A stretch of DNA of 45,015 nt from Gemmatimonadota bacterium. GTDB lineage: Bacteria; Gemmatimonadota; Gemmatimonadetes; Gemmatimonadales; GWC2-71-9. Location: NCBI GenBank assembly GCA_039588295.1, contig JBDHAB010000023.1:1-45015 (forward strand), written 5' to 3'. The notes under the pieces were generated by a model, which was not told where the DNA came from, ran no database searches, and saw only the letters and a program-made list of their open reading frames with translations. Each line of letters begins with the position of its first letter. The stretch's first letter is position 1. Shown here in pieces: positions 18,349-26,978 of this stretch. The position numbers were made by a program, and so were the translations under genes.

Positions 18349-20087
18349 TGGGCCGGATTGCCGTCCTCCCTGGAGCCGTGGCCGATCAGATTGCGGCAGG
18401 CGAAGTGGTCGAGCGGCCTGCGTCCGTCGTCAAGGAGCTCGTGGAGAACGCCCTGGATGCCGGTGCGAACGCGGTGACGGTGGAACTCGAGGACGGCGGA
18501 CGCGAACTCATTCGAGTGAGCGACGACGGCGCTGGAATGGACAGCACGGACGCGCTCCTCGCGCTCGCGCGCCACGCCACAAGCAAGATCCGTGCGGCGA
18601 CCGACCTGATCGGAGTCGCGACATTCGGATTCCGCGGGGAAGCGCTCGCCTCGATTGGCTCCGTCTCGCGCCTTGAGCTCGAGACGGCGCCCCGCGAGTC
18701 GGGCGGTGACGCGGGGCTCGCGACGCACATCGTGATGCGAGGGGGAACCCTCGACCAGCCGGAAGCCGCGGCGCGCACTCACGGGACCACCGTGACGGTT
18801 CGGAAGTTGTTTACCAACACGCCGGCACGGAGGAAATTTCTGCGCAGTGCCAGGAGTGAGACTCGGGCAGCCGTCGAGGCACTCACCGTGTTGGCGCTCA
18901 GCCGGCTCGATGTGTCGTTCACGTTAATGAGCGACGGCCGCAGGATCGTGGACGCACCCCGGGTTTCGACGGCTGCCGATCGCATTGCCGCCCTTCTTGG
19001 CCGCAAGCTTGCCGAGCAACTGCTCCCGGTTGAGTATGCCGAAGGCTACATCAGCGTGGGCGGCCTGATTCAGCGGCCCGCCGATGCTCGCGCGAGCGGT
19101 CGGCGCGCCTATCTCTTCGTCAACGGCAGGCCGTTCCGCGACCCGTTTCTCATTCGGGCGGCCGAAGCGGGATACCGGGCCACCATCGCCTCCGGAACCC
19201 GTCCGACCATGTTCTTGTCCATCACCGTGCCGGGCGACCGGGTGGACGTCAACGTACACCCAACGAAGCTCGAAGTACGCTTTCGCGATAAGATGCTGGT
19301 GGAGCGGTCCCTGGAGCAGGCGGTGCGCGGGAGCTTGCGACCACTGGCTGCCGCAGCGAGCGTGGGCACCAGCGACCACGTCATCGCGGGTACGGCGGCG
19401 AATGGTGACGCCTCGATGGAAGCACTGTTGCACGCGCATGGTGTGGATGGCGGTAACAGCGCGTACACCGCCGGGACGCTGTTCGATGCCACCGCGGATG
19501 CGGCTCCGCCGTTTCCTGCTGCGCACGAACTCCTGCAGGTCTTCAACACGTACATCGTCTTTGAAACGACGGAAGACCTCACCTTTGTTGATCAACACTC
19601 CGCGCACGAGCGGGTGTTGTACGAGCAGGCGATGGCGCAGCTACGGGGCAAAGGGACGGGGAGTCAGCGACTGCTGCTACCATTCACCGTCGATTTGGCG
19701 GGGGACGAATTGGATGCCGCTGAGATCAATCGCGATCTCTTGTCGGGCATCGGGTTCGAGGTCGAACCGTTTGGGGGTCGGTCGATGGTAGTGCACGCCG
19801 TCCCAAACCCGCATCCTCGGTTCGACGCGCGACGGTGCTTTGAAGAGGTGGTGACAGACCTCGCGCGCGGACGTTTCGGGGGGATGGCGAATCGACTCGA
19901 GCGATTCGCCGCCACGTTCGGATGCCGGGCGGCAATCAAGGCGGGACACCGGCTCGAGTCGGAAGAAATGCGTGATCTGCTCCGCAGGCTCTTCGCATGC
20001 GAACTGCCACCGCATGACGTGCACGGCCGTCCGACCGTGGTGCAGCTTCCCAAAGTCGAGTTGGAGCGACGCTTTGGCAGATCGTAA
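18348..20087 (+). CDS. mutL: DNA mismatch repair endonuclease MutL
   Basis: TAATG overlap. IAAGEVVERPASVVKELVENALDAGA, GFRGEALASI, VDVNVHPTKLEVRF, DQHSAHERVLYE. Confidence 0.97.
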   Translation: MGRIAVLPGAVADQIAAGEVVERPASVVKELVENALDAGANAVTVELEDGGRELIRVSDDGAGMDSTDALLALARHATSKIRAATDLIGVATFGFRGEALASIGSVSRLELETAPRESGGDAGLATHIVMRGGTLDQPEAAARTHGTTVTVRKLFTNTPARRKFLRSARSETRAAVEALTVLALSRLDVSFTLMSDGRRIVDAPRVSTAADRIAALLGRKLAEQLLPVEYAEGYISVGGLIQRPADARASGRRAYLFVNGRPFRDPFLIRAAEAGYRATIASGTRPTMFLSITVPGDRVDVNVHPTKLEVRFRDKMLVERSLEQAVRGSLRPLAAAASVGTSDHVIAGTAANGDASMEALLHAHGVDGGNSAYTAGTLFDATADAAPPFPAAHELLQVFNTYIVFETTEDLTFVDQHSAHERVLYEQAMAQLRGKGTGSQRLLLPFTVDLAGDELDAAEINRDLLSGIGFEVEPFGGRSMVVHAVPNPHPRFDARRCFEEVVTDLARGRFGGMANRLERFAATFGCRAAIKAGHRLESEEMRDLLRRLFACELPPHDVHGRPTVVQLPKVELERRFGRS

Positions 20088-20997
20088 GCCGCTGATTCCG
20101 GTGATCCTTGGCCCGACCGGCGTCGGCAAGACCGCGGTTGCCATGGAGCTACGGCGCCACTGGCCGCTCGTGATCATCTCCGCCGACTCGCGGCAGGTCT
20201 ATCGGGGACTCGATATCGGTACCGCAAAGCCGACACGCGAGGAGTGCAAGCTCGTTCCGCATCTCGGCCTCGACGTCGTGGATCCGGGTGCGCGTTACAG
20301 TGCGGGTCGATTCGCGCGCGAGGCCGCCGGTTGGCTCGCGGATCTGGATCGCAGTGTGCAGCCGGTGGTCGTCGGCGGTACCGGCTTCTACATCAGAGCG
20401 TTGGCCGACGGCTTGTTCCGGGAGCCTCCGATCGACAGCGAGCGGCGCAATCGGTTACGACGGTGGATTCGTGACGCGCCGCGGTTGGGCAACTGGGCCG
20501 TGCGTCTCGACCCGGCGTACCGTGGTGGTGGTCGCCAGCGGGCGGCACGGGCCGTGGAGGTGGCGCTGCTCACGGGCCAACCGCTCTCTTGGTGGCAGGC
20601 CGAGGCACGCGCTGAAGGCATCATGCGTCCCTGGTACGTGCGTCTGACGCTTCCGCGGACGGTCCTGCGCCGCCGCATCGAGCGGCGTGCTCGCGCGATG
20701 CTCGACCGGGGGCTCGTGGAGGAGGTGCGGCAAGTCATGGAGCGGGGCGTACCGCCCGACGCTGCTGGGCTCGACGCCGTTGGGTATCGTGAAGTCGTCC
20801 TCCACCTGCAGGGCAAGCTGTCCGTCGAATCGTTGCTGGAGACGATCGTCGTCGCCACGCGCCGCTATGCCAAGCGGCAGGAGACCTGGTTTCGACACCA
20901 GTTGATCGGCTATCCCGTATTGACCTTGGACGCCACGGATGAGCCTACGCTGCTGGCGGATCGGATCGTCGAGTTGTGGGCAGAGCGAGGGAATTGA
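20074..20997 (+). CDS. miaA: tRNA dimethylallyltransferase
   Basis: GPTGVGKT, ISADSRQVYRGLDIGTAKP, VGGTGFY, TRRYAKRQETWF. TTG 20074 start is inferred. Confidence 0.95.
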   Translation: MADRKPLIPVILGPTGVGKTAVAMELRRHWPLVIISADSRQVYRGLDIGTAKPTREECKLVPHLGLDVVDPGARYSAGRFAREAAGWLADLDRSVQPVVVGGTGFYIRALADGLFREPPIDSERRNRLRRWIRDAPRLGNWAVRLDPAYRGGGRQRAARAVEVALLTGQPLSWWQAEARAEGIMRPWYVRLTLPRTVLRRRIERRARAMLDRGLVEEVRQVMERGVPPDAAGLDAVGYREVVLHLQGKLSVESLLETIVVATRRYAKRQETWFRHQLIGYPVLTLDATDEPTLLADRIVELWAERGN

Positions 20998-22121
20998 TGC
21001 GCATCGGAATCACATGCTACCCGACCTACGGTGGGTCCGGTGCTGTTGCGACGGAGCTGGGGCTCGAGTTAGCCCGACGAGGGCATGAAATTCACCTGAT
21101 CTCCTACGCATCGCCGTTCCGACTGCGCGGGTTTGCCGAGCACGTGTACTTCCACGAGGTCGACTTGAGTGGTGCGTATCCGCTGCTGGAGTATTTCCCG
21201 TACTCGCTGGCGCTTGCGGTCAAGCAGGAGGAAGTGGCGCTGCGCGAGGAACTCGACATTCTCCATGTCCACTACGCGGTGCCGCACGCCACCGCGGCGT
21301 TTCTCGCTCGAGAGATGATTCGCGGCCAACGTGAGCTCAAGGTCGTTACCACCTTGCACGGAACCGATATTACGCTGGTGGGACAAGAGCGCTCGTTCTA
21401 TACCGTCACCAAGTTCTCCATTGAACGTTCCGACGCCGTGACGGCCGTCTCGGAGTATCTCCGGGACGAGACCTACAAGGCGTTCTTGTGCGAGGGGTGC
21501 GGGATCGACGTCATCCCGAACTTCATCAACCCCGCCGAATACTTCCCGTCGGACGACGTACGGTGCCGACAGGCCTTGGCGCCGGCAGGGACCAAGGTCC
21601 TCATGCACGTCTCGAACTTCCGGCCTGTGAAACGCGTGCCGGATGTTGTCAGAATCTTCGCCGAGGTCCGGAAGCATGTGCCGGCGGTCCTCATCCTGGT
21701 CGGTGACGGGCCGGAACGCCCGTTGGTGGAAGCCGAAGTCGAGCGACTGGAGGTCTCGGACGATGTGCGGTTCCTTGGCAAGGTCGACGCGGTCGCGGAC
21801 CTCCTGCGGGCAGCGGATCTCTTCCTGCTCCCGAGCGCCTCCGAATCGTTTGGCCTGAGCGCGCTGGAAGCCATGGCGTGCGGTGTGCCGGTCATCGCGA
21901 GCGACGTTGGTGGCGTGCCGGAGGTCGTAGTCGACGGCGAGACGGGAGCGCTGCGACCGCTCGGTGACATCGACGCCATGGCCAAATGTGCGCTGGAGCT
22001 CCTCGAGCCGGAACGCTGGCAACAGACAAGCGCCGCAGCCGTCAACCGGGCCAAGCGATTCGATGAGGCGGACATCGTGCCGCAGTACGAGGCCTTGTAT
22101 CGGCGAGTGCTGGGGAGGTGA
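20997..22121 (+). CDS. bshA: N-acetyl-alpha-D-glucosaminyl L-malate synthase (bacillithiol glycosyltransferase)
   Basis: MRIGITCYPTYGGSGAVATELG, HVHYAVPHA, TTLHGTDITLVG, HVSNFRPVKR, ESFGLSALEAMACG. Confidence 0.93.
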   Translation: MRIGITCYPTYGGSGAVATELGLELARRGHEIHLISYASPFRLRGFAEHVYFHEVDLSGAYPLLEYFPYSLALAVKQEEVALREELDILHVHYAVPHATAAFLAREMIRGQRELKVVTTLHGTDITLVGQERSFYTVTKFSIERSDAVTAVSEYLRDETYKAFLCEGCGIDVIPNFINPAEYFPSDDVRCRQALAPAGTKVLMHVSNFRPVKRVPDVVRIFAEVRKHVPAVLILVGDGPERPLVEAEVERLEVSDDVRFLGKVDAVADLLRAADLFLLPSASESFGLSALEAMACGVPVIASDVGGVPEVVVDGETGALRPLGDIDAMAKCALELLEPERWQQTSAAAVNRAKRFDEADIVPQYEALYRRVLGR

Positions 22122-22903
22122 CGTATTGGCAGGGGCTCGTGCTCGGGTTGGTCCAAGGATTGACCGAGTTCCTCCCGATCTCGAGTTCGGGTCACCTGGT
22201 CGTGGCGGAAGCGGCGCTCGGGCTCCGGACGCCCGGTGTCGTCGTCGAGGTGGTGTTGCACGTCGCCACGTTGTTGGCCGTCGTGATCGTGTATTGGCGA
22301 AGACTATGGTGGCTGGTGTGCGGAGGAGTTCGTGGTGAGCGCGCGGCCTGGAACGCCATTGCGATCCTGGCGCTGGCGTCGGTCCCGGCCGGTCTCACCG
22401 GGTTCTTCCTCGCGGACTACTTCGAGCGGGCGTTCGAGTCGCTGCTGGCCGTCGGCATCAATTTTCTCGTGACGGGAACGATCTTGTGGAGCACCCGAGC
22501 CATTGCGTCCAGGGCCGTGCGACCCGAACCACGAGTCGGGGCAGCGACCGCAATCGGGTTCGCGCAGGCGCTGGCGATTCTGCCGGGTATCTCCCGGTCG
22601 GGCGCCACCGTGGCGGCTGGGCTCTGGTTTCGCATCGCGCCGGAACGGGCTGCGGAGTTCTCTTTCCTGCTTGCGATCCCCGCAATTGCCGGAGCTGCAT
22701 TGCTCCAGTTGGGCGAGTTCTCGGACGGCGCGATCGCCATGGGGTCCGGCCCATTGTGGCTGAGTTTCCTGGCGGCCCTCGGATCTGGCGTGCTCGCTAT
22801 TCGCTTTCTCGTCGCGCTGCTGCGCCGGGGCGCGTTCCACCGGTTTGCGCCTTACTGTTGGGGGATGGGCGCGATAACCATATGGTGGGCGCTGCTGCGG
22901 TGA
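22118..22903 (+). CDS. uppP: Undecaprenyl-diphosphate phosphatase
   Basis: GLVQGLTEFLPISSSGHL, PGISRSGAT, AAEFSFLLAIP. Confidence 0.96.
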   Translation: MTYWQGLVLGLVQGLTEFLPISSSGHLVVAEAALGLRTPGVVVEVVLHVATLLAVVIVYWRRLWWLVCGGVRGERAAWNAIAILALASVPAGLTGFFLADYFERAFESLLAVGINFLVTGTILWSTRAIASRAVRPEPRVGAATAIGFAQALAILPGISRSGATVAAGLWFRIAPERAAEFSFLLAIPAIAGAALLQLGEFSDGAIAMGSGPLWLSFLAALGSGVLAIRFLVALLRRGAFHRFAPYCWGMGAITIWWALLR

Positions 22904-22998
22904 TGCCGAACGATGGCATGGGTGCGCATGCGCTCGCCGAGCAGCAGGGTGTCGCCGGAGTGAAGCGGATCGTGGGAGGGAACATTGTCGCAGCGTGA
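22903..22998 (+). pseudogene. 31-aa mini-ORF, possible internally deleted birA remnant
   Basis: TGATG coupling to uppP. MPNDGMGAHALAEQQGVAGVKRIVGGNIVAA. Lies where birA often sits upstream of coaX; the end resembles a BirA C-terminal strand (inference). Confidence 0.35.
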
Positions 22999-23950
22999 TC
23001 TTCCCCTGTGGGCTCGAGGCCTCGCCGCAGTGCTGCTCCTGGTGGCGTCGTGGTGGTTGCTACAGACCGACTCCACGCTTGGGATCGTGGGCCCGTCGAT
23101 CGCGCTCGTGGGGCTGGCGGTGGTTGCCGCGTCCATTTTGCGAGGGATGCATGTTCCCCTCGGGCTCTGGCCGGAAGGTCCCTGGCGTGCTCGCTTTTCG
23201 CTATGGATCGTGGCCGCGGTCGCTCTCGGATTCGCACTCGTGGTGGTGGCGACCGATCCGGAGGCGGAGAGCCTCACTCGGCCTATTGACCGAGGCATGT
23301 TTCTGATCGTCATGACCGGCGTGGCCGCCTGGGGGTTCGCGTGGGCCTTCGTGAGGCAGCGGGGCGCCCTTGCCTGGTATGGGGTGGCCTTTGGCGCTGC
23401 GCTCGTTCCGGTGGTCGTGGGCATCGTCGTGATCGCGATTCAGGGTCGGGACTCCACGACGTGCCTGCTCTCGGCCAGGGGCGACCTGTGCGATGCGTCG
23501 GCGGTCGAAGCCTTGGGCTTCACCCTCGCGGTGCACGTCGCCGCCGTGCTCGTCACCCTCGAACTCACGTTTCGCCGCCTGCTCGTTGGTCAACCCGAGA
23601 GAGCTGGGCTGGTGCTGATCCTGGTGGCTGCAGCATTATTCGGCGCGTGGACGCGCCTGATCGGCGCGGAGGGGTTCGTGCTCGGTCCGCCCGTGTGGCT
23701 GGGAACGTTGAGTGCCGTGGGGGCGGGATGCGCGTATGCCCTGTCGCGGTCGCTCCTCGTGTCCAGCGTCTATACGGCCAGTGTCTTTGCCGGCTACCAG
23801 GCACTGGTGCATGGCGTGCCGCGACTTCCGGAAGGTGGGACGGAACTGACAGCGTTTGGTTGGACGTATCCTCTCGTGCATTTGGGGATCGTAGTCGTCG
23901 GTGCTGTGGCCGTGGCGCGCCGTCGCGGACTCCTCACGGGAATCACCTGA
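22985..23950 (+). CDS. Hypothetical multi-pass membrane protein (degenerate CPBP/Abi-like)
   Basis: About 9-10 hydrophobic segments; LELTFRRLL resembles EExxFR; GGAGGG RBS before TTG. Confidence 0.7.
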   Translation: MSQRDLPLWARGLAAVLLLVASWWLLQTDSTLGIVGPSIALVGLAVVAASILRGMHVPLGLWPEGPWRARFSLWIVAAVALGFALVVVATDPEAESLTRPIDRGMFLIVMTGVAAWGFAWAFVRQRGALAWYGVAFGAALVPVVVGIVVIAIQGRDSTTCLLSARGDLCDASAVEALGFTLAVHVAAVLVTLELTFRRLLVGQPERAGLVLILVAAALFGAWTRLIGAEGFVLGPPVWLGTLSAVGAGCAYALSRSLLVSSVYTASVFAGYQALVHGVPRLPEGGTELTAFGWTYPLVHLGIVVVGAVAVARRRGLLTGIT

Positions 23951-23963
23951 ATCGGATCGACTC

Positions 23964-24743
23964 GTGCTCCTGGCAGTTGACGTCGGCAATACGGAAATCA
24001 CGCTGGGCCTGTTCGTCGGAGAACGCCTGAACGGGCATTGGCGGGTGACCACGGTCTCCCAGCGCACTCCGGACGAATGGGCGGCAATGCTCACGTCCTT
24101 CCTGGCGCACGCGGGTCATTCCACCCATGAGGTACGGGCGGCAATCGAGGGGTCCGTGGCCCCCACCGTGACGGAAGTGCTCGCCCAGGGGATCGAGTCG
24201 GCGTTGGGGTTCGGTCCGACGCAGGTCGGGCCCGGCTCACCGCTGCCGATCGTCCTGGATGTGGACGAACCCCACACGGTGGGGGCCGATCGGGTCGTCA
24301 ACACGCTTGCCGCCGCCGAGCTCTATGGACGCGACACGATCGTCGTCGATTTCGGGACGGCGACCACCTTTGACTGCATCACCGGTGACCGGACGTTCCT
24401 CGGCGGCGTCATCGCACCCGGCGTCTCGACGGCGGCCGACAACCTGACCCGACGTGCCGCGAAACTGCCGGCGACGGAGCTCGTGCCACCCGCGCGTGTC
24501 ATCGGCCGACGTACGGAAGAGTGTATTCGGGCGGGGGTCGTCTACGGAATGGTCGATGCCGTGGACGGACTCGTCCGGCGAATCAAAGCCGAATGGCCGC
24601 GCGACGACGTTCCCCTTGTCGTCGCGACAGGAGGGCTCGCGTTGCCGGTGGCGGACTTGTGCGAGGAAATCGAGCTGGTAGAGCCGCACCTTACACTTCT
24701 CGGGCTCCGAATCGCCGCGGGGCACCTCGGCCTGGAGTGGTGA
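23964..24743 (+). CDS. coaX: Type III pantothenate kinase
   Basis: MLLAVDVGNT, VGADR, VVDFGTATT, GGVIAPG, VVATGG, LTLLGL. Confidence 0.95.
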   Translation: MLLAVDVGNTEITLGLFVGERLNGHWRVTTVSQRTPDEWAAMLTSFLAHAGHSTHEVRAAIEGSVAPTVTEVLAQGIESALGFGPTQVGPGSPLPIVLDVDEPHTVGADRVVNTLAAAELYGRDTIVVDFGTATTFDCITGDRTFLGGVIAPGVSTAADNLTRRAAKLPATELVPPARVIGRRTEECIRAGVVYGMVDAVDGLVRRIKAEWPRDDVPLVVATGGLALPVADLCEEIELVEPHLTLLGLRIAAGHLGLEW

Positions 24744-24855
24744 AGGGTGATCCGTGCCTCCCAGAACGGCGCCTCCTTCTGCCCTGGCAGTAGTCTGGTG
24801 TCTGATCGCCGACTAAGTTGAACGGTGTCGATTCGGTGACCTCCGGGAGCGAGTC

Positions 24856-25470
24856 ATGACCGCTGTGGTTGAGCCGGTGGGCGAACGGTACGACGTGCGG
24901 ACGATTGTCGGCAGTGGAGTGAAGCTCGGAGTGATCACCGCGCTCGCCGTAGCGGTGTTCGCGCTGGCGTCCCGTGCGCTCGCCGGAACCGCCGAAACCG
25001 CCGTGCAGTTCCTGCTCGTATTCGTGGGTGGGGCGTTGGCGAGTTACTTGCCTGCCGTCTGGGTCCGTCCGAGAAGCGCGGACGCAATCGCCTGGGCAGC
25101 TCTGGTTGGCCTGCTCGGTGCGCTGGTGTTCACGGTGCTCGACACTGTGCTTCTCCGACCGCTGGGTTTCTACCACTGGACGTGGGATGCTATCGGGGGG
25201 GGGAGCGGGTTCTGGTATGTGCCCGTATGGTGGATGGGGGCGGCAGTGCTGGCGTGGCTTGGCTCCTGGATCGCGGCCCTCGGATTTGGTGCCCGAGCAG
25301 CACCGAATATTCTGGCGGCCAGCGGTGTCACCGCGGTACTGGCGGTGGTCGTGTTTGCGATTCTTGCGGTGACGCGGCTCGCTCCGGTTCACCCAGCCGT
25401 TCTGGCACTGGCATGGGCCATCGCGCTCGTGCTTCACGTTCCGCTGGCAGCGGTGCTCGTTCGGAGGTGA
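24856..25470 (+). CDS. Hypothetical integral membrane protein
   Basis: GGGAG RBS, about 6 TM segments, aromatic loop YHWTWDAIGGGSGFWYVPVWWM. Confidence 0.75.
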   Translation: MTAVVEPVGERYDVRTIVGSGVKLGVITALAVAVFALASRALAGTAETAVQFLLVFVGGALASYLPAVWVRPRSADAIAWAALVGLLGALVFTVLDTVLLRPLGFYHWTWDAIGGGSGFWYVPVWWMGAAVLAWLGSWIAALGFGARAAPNILAASGVTAVLAVVVFAILAVTRLAPVHPAVLALAWAIALVLHVPLAAVLVRR

Positions 25471-25742
25471 AAGCGCGAGGCGCGGGCCGAATCGTTCGCG
25501 CGGTTAGCTGGCTGCTCACACCCGTCGTGGTGTGGGCAGCTTCCTTTTGCGGTGGGTGGCTCGCCGCCCTCGTCGCAGACGCGCTCCGGGTCGGGGAGCA
25601 GGCGGTCGTGTGGCTGGTGAGCGGTGGTATCGTCGGAGGGGTCGCGGGTTTGGCGGCCTGGGTGCTCTACCTGCGCAGACCAGGCGTGCGGCCAGAACGA
25701 GCGAAACGAACGACGTCCGCCGATCGCACGTCTCCGAACTGA
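25467..25742 (+). CDS. Small hypothetical 2-TM protein
   Basis: GTGA overlap with the previous stop. MKARGAGRIVRAVSWLLTPVVVWAASFCGGWL...GGIVGGVAGLAAWVLYLRR. Confidence 0.6.
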   Translation: MKARGAGRIVRAVSWLLTPVVVWAASFCGGWLAALVADALRVGEQAVVWLVSGGIVGGVAGLAAWVLYLRRPGVRPERAKRTTSADRTSPN

Positions 25743-25775
25743 GACGGGGCTCCTGCTCGCAAGACCGCTGAGCGC

Positions 25776-26978
25776 TCATCGCTGCGGTTCCGGGCGTCCG
25801 CGAATCTGGGTTCCGGCCAGCAGCGCCACATGGTAGTAGTAGGTCGCACCGACGGCGAGTGCGTGTGGGTCGAAATCGAACAAGCTCGAGTGGGCTGGCT
25901 GGGGTGGTCGGTCTGGGGGGGCGGCACCGAAGCGGACGAAGCAGCCCGGGATGCGCTCGAGATAGAAGCCGAAATCCTCGCCGCCCATGTTGCTGATGGC
26001 CTCCGTGCGCACCCGGGCTTGACCGATCGCCAACGCGGCGGCTCGCTGCGCGAGTTCCAACGGTGCGCCATGGTTCACGACCGGCGGAGAGCCGGCGCCT
26101 CGTCGGAAAGTCACCTCTCCGCCGTGTGCGAGCCCGACGGCCGCCGTCATCTCCTGCAGCGCCGCGATCAGTGACGCGCGAACTTCGGGACGCTGCGCTC
26201 GAAGGGTTCCCTCGAGACGCACGCGATCAGCCAGCACATTCGGGGCGGTTCCACCCTCGATACGCCCCACGGTGATCACGGCGGCATCCTGGGCCGCGAC
26301 CTGACGGCTTACGATCGTCTGCAGTGCCGATACCAGCATGCTCGCGGTCACAATGGGGTCGACGCTCTCATGCGGTCGCGCCGCGTGGCCGCCCGGTCCC
26401 GTGATCTCGATCATGAACTCGTCGGTGGAGGCGTTGACGGGACCGGCGGGCGCCACGATCTCGCCACACCGACGACTGATATCGACGTGTCCGCCGAAGA
26501 TCATCGCCACATCATCGAGCACGCCCGCCGCGATCATGGCGCGTGCGCCCTCGGCGGTTTCTTCCGCCGGCTGGAACACGAGCCGAACGCCGGCCGGGAG
26601 CGACGGTTCCCGAGCGAGCAGCTCGGCGGCGCCGAGCAACATGCACACATGTCCATCATGGCCACAGGCATGCATGACGCCGGGAACTTGTGAGGCGAAC
26701 GGGAGTCCGGTTCGCTCCGTGATCGGGAGGGCGTCCATGTCCGCGCGAAGCGCAATGCGGGGCTCGGTCCGCGGTCCACCCAGGTCCGCGACGACACCGG
26801 TCCCCGCGACGCCGCGCCGCAACGGGATGTCAAGCCGGGTCAGAACCTCGCAGATACGCTCAGCGGTCTGTTCCTCGCACCCGCTCAGTTCGGGATGCTC
26901 GTGCAGTGTGCGGCGAAGTTGCACCATGTGGTCAACGATGCGCGGATCGATGCTACGAGAGTCGGTGTCCGCCGTCAT
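25776..26978 (-). CDS. M20D family amidohydrolase (candidate N-succinyl-L-amino acid desuccinylase)
   Basis: LRRTLHEHPELS, LRADMDALP, MHACGHDGH, FQPAEE, GGHAARPH, GGEDF; ATGA overlap with the upstream gene. Confidence 0.9.
   Translation of the reverse strand: MTADTDSRSIDPRIVDHMVQLRRTLHEHPELSGCEEQTAERICEVLTRLDIPLRRGVAGTGVVADLGGPRTEPRIALRADMDALPITERTGLPFASQVPGVMHACGHDGHVCMLLGAAELLAREPSLPAGVRLVFQPAEETAEGARAMIAAGVLDDVAMIFGGHVDISRRCGEIVAPAGPVNASTDEFMIEITGPGGHAARPHESVDPIVTASMLVSALQTIVSRQVAAQDAAVITVGRIEGGTAPNVLADRVRLEGTLRAQRPEVRASLIAALQEMTAAVGLAHGGEVTFRRGAGSPPVVNHGAPLELAQRAAALAIGQARVRTEAISNMGGEDFGFYLERIPGCFVRFGAAPPDRPPQPAHSSLFDFDPHALAVGATYYYHVALLAGTQIRGRPEPQR

Noticed and set aside
25762..25772. 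11-bp AGACCGCTGAG matching the reverse complement of the window's last bases
   Set aside because: A single short match in 45 kb of GC-rich DNA, with no flanking similarity.
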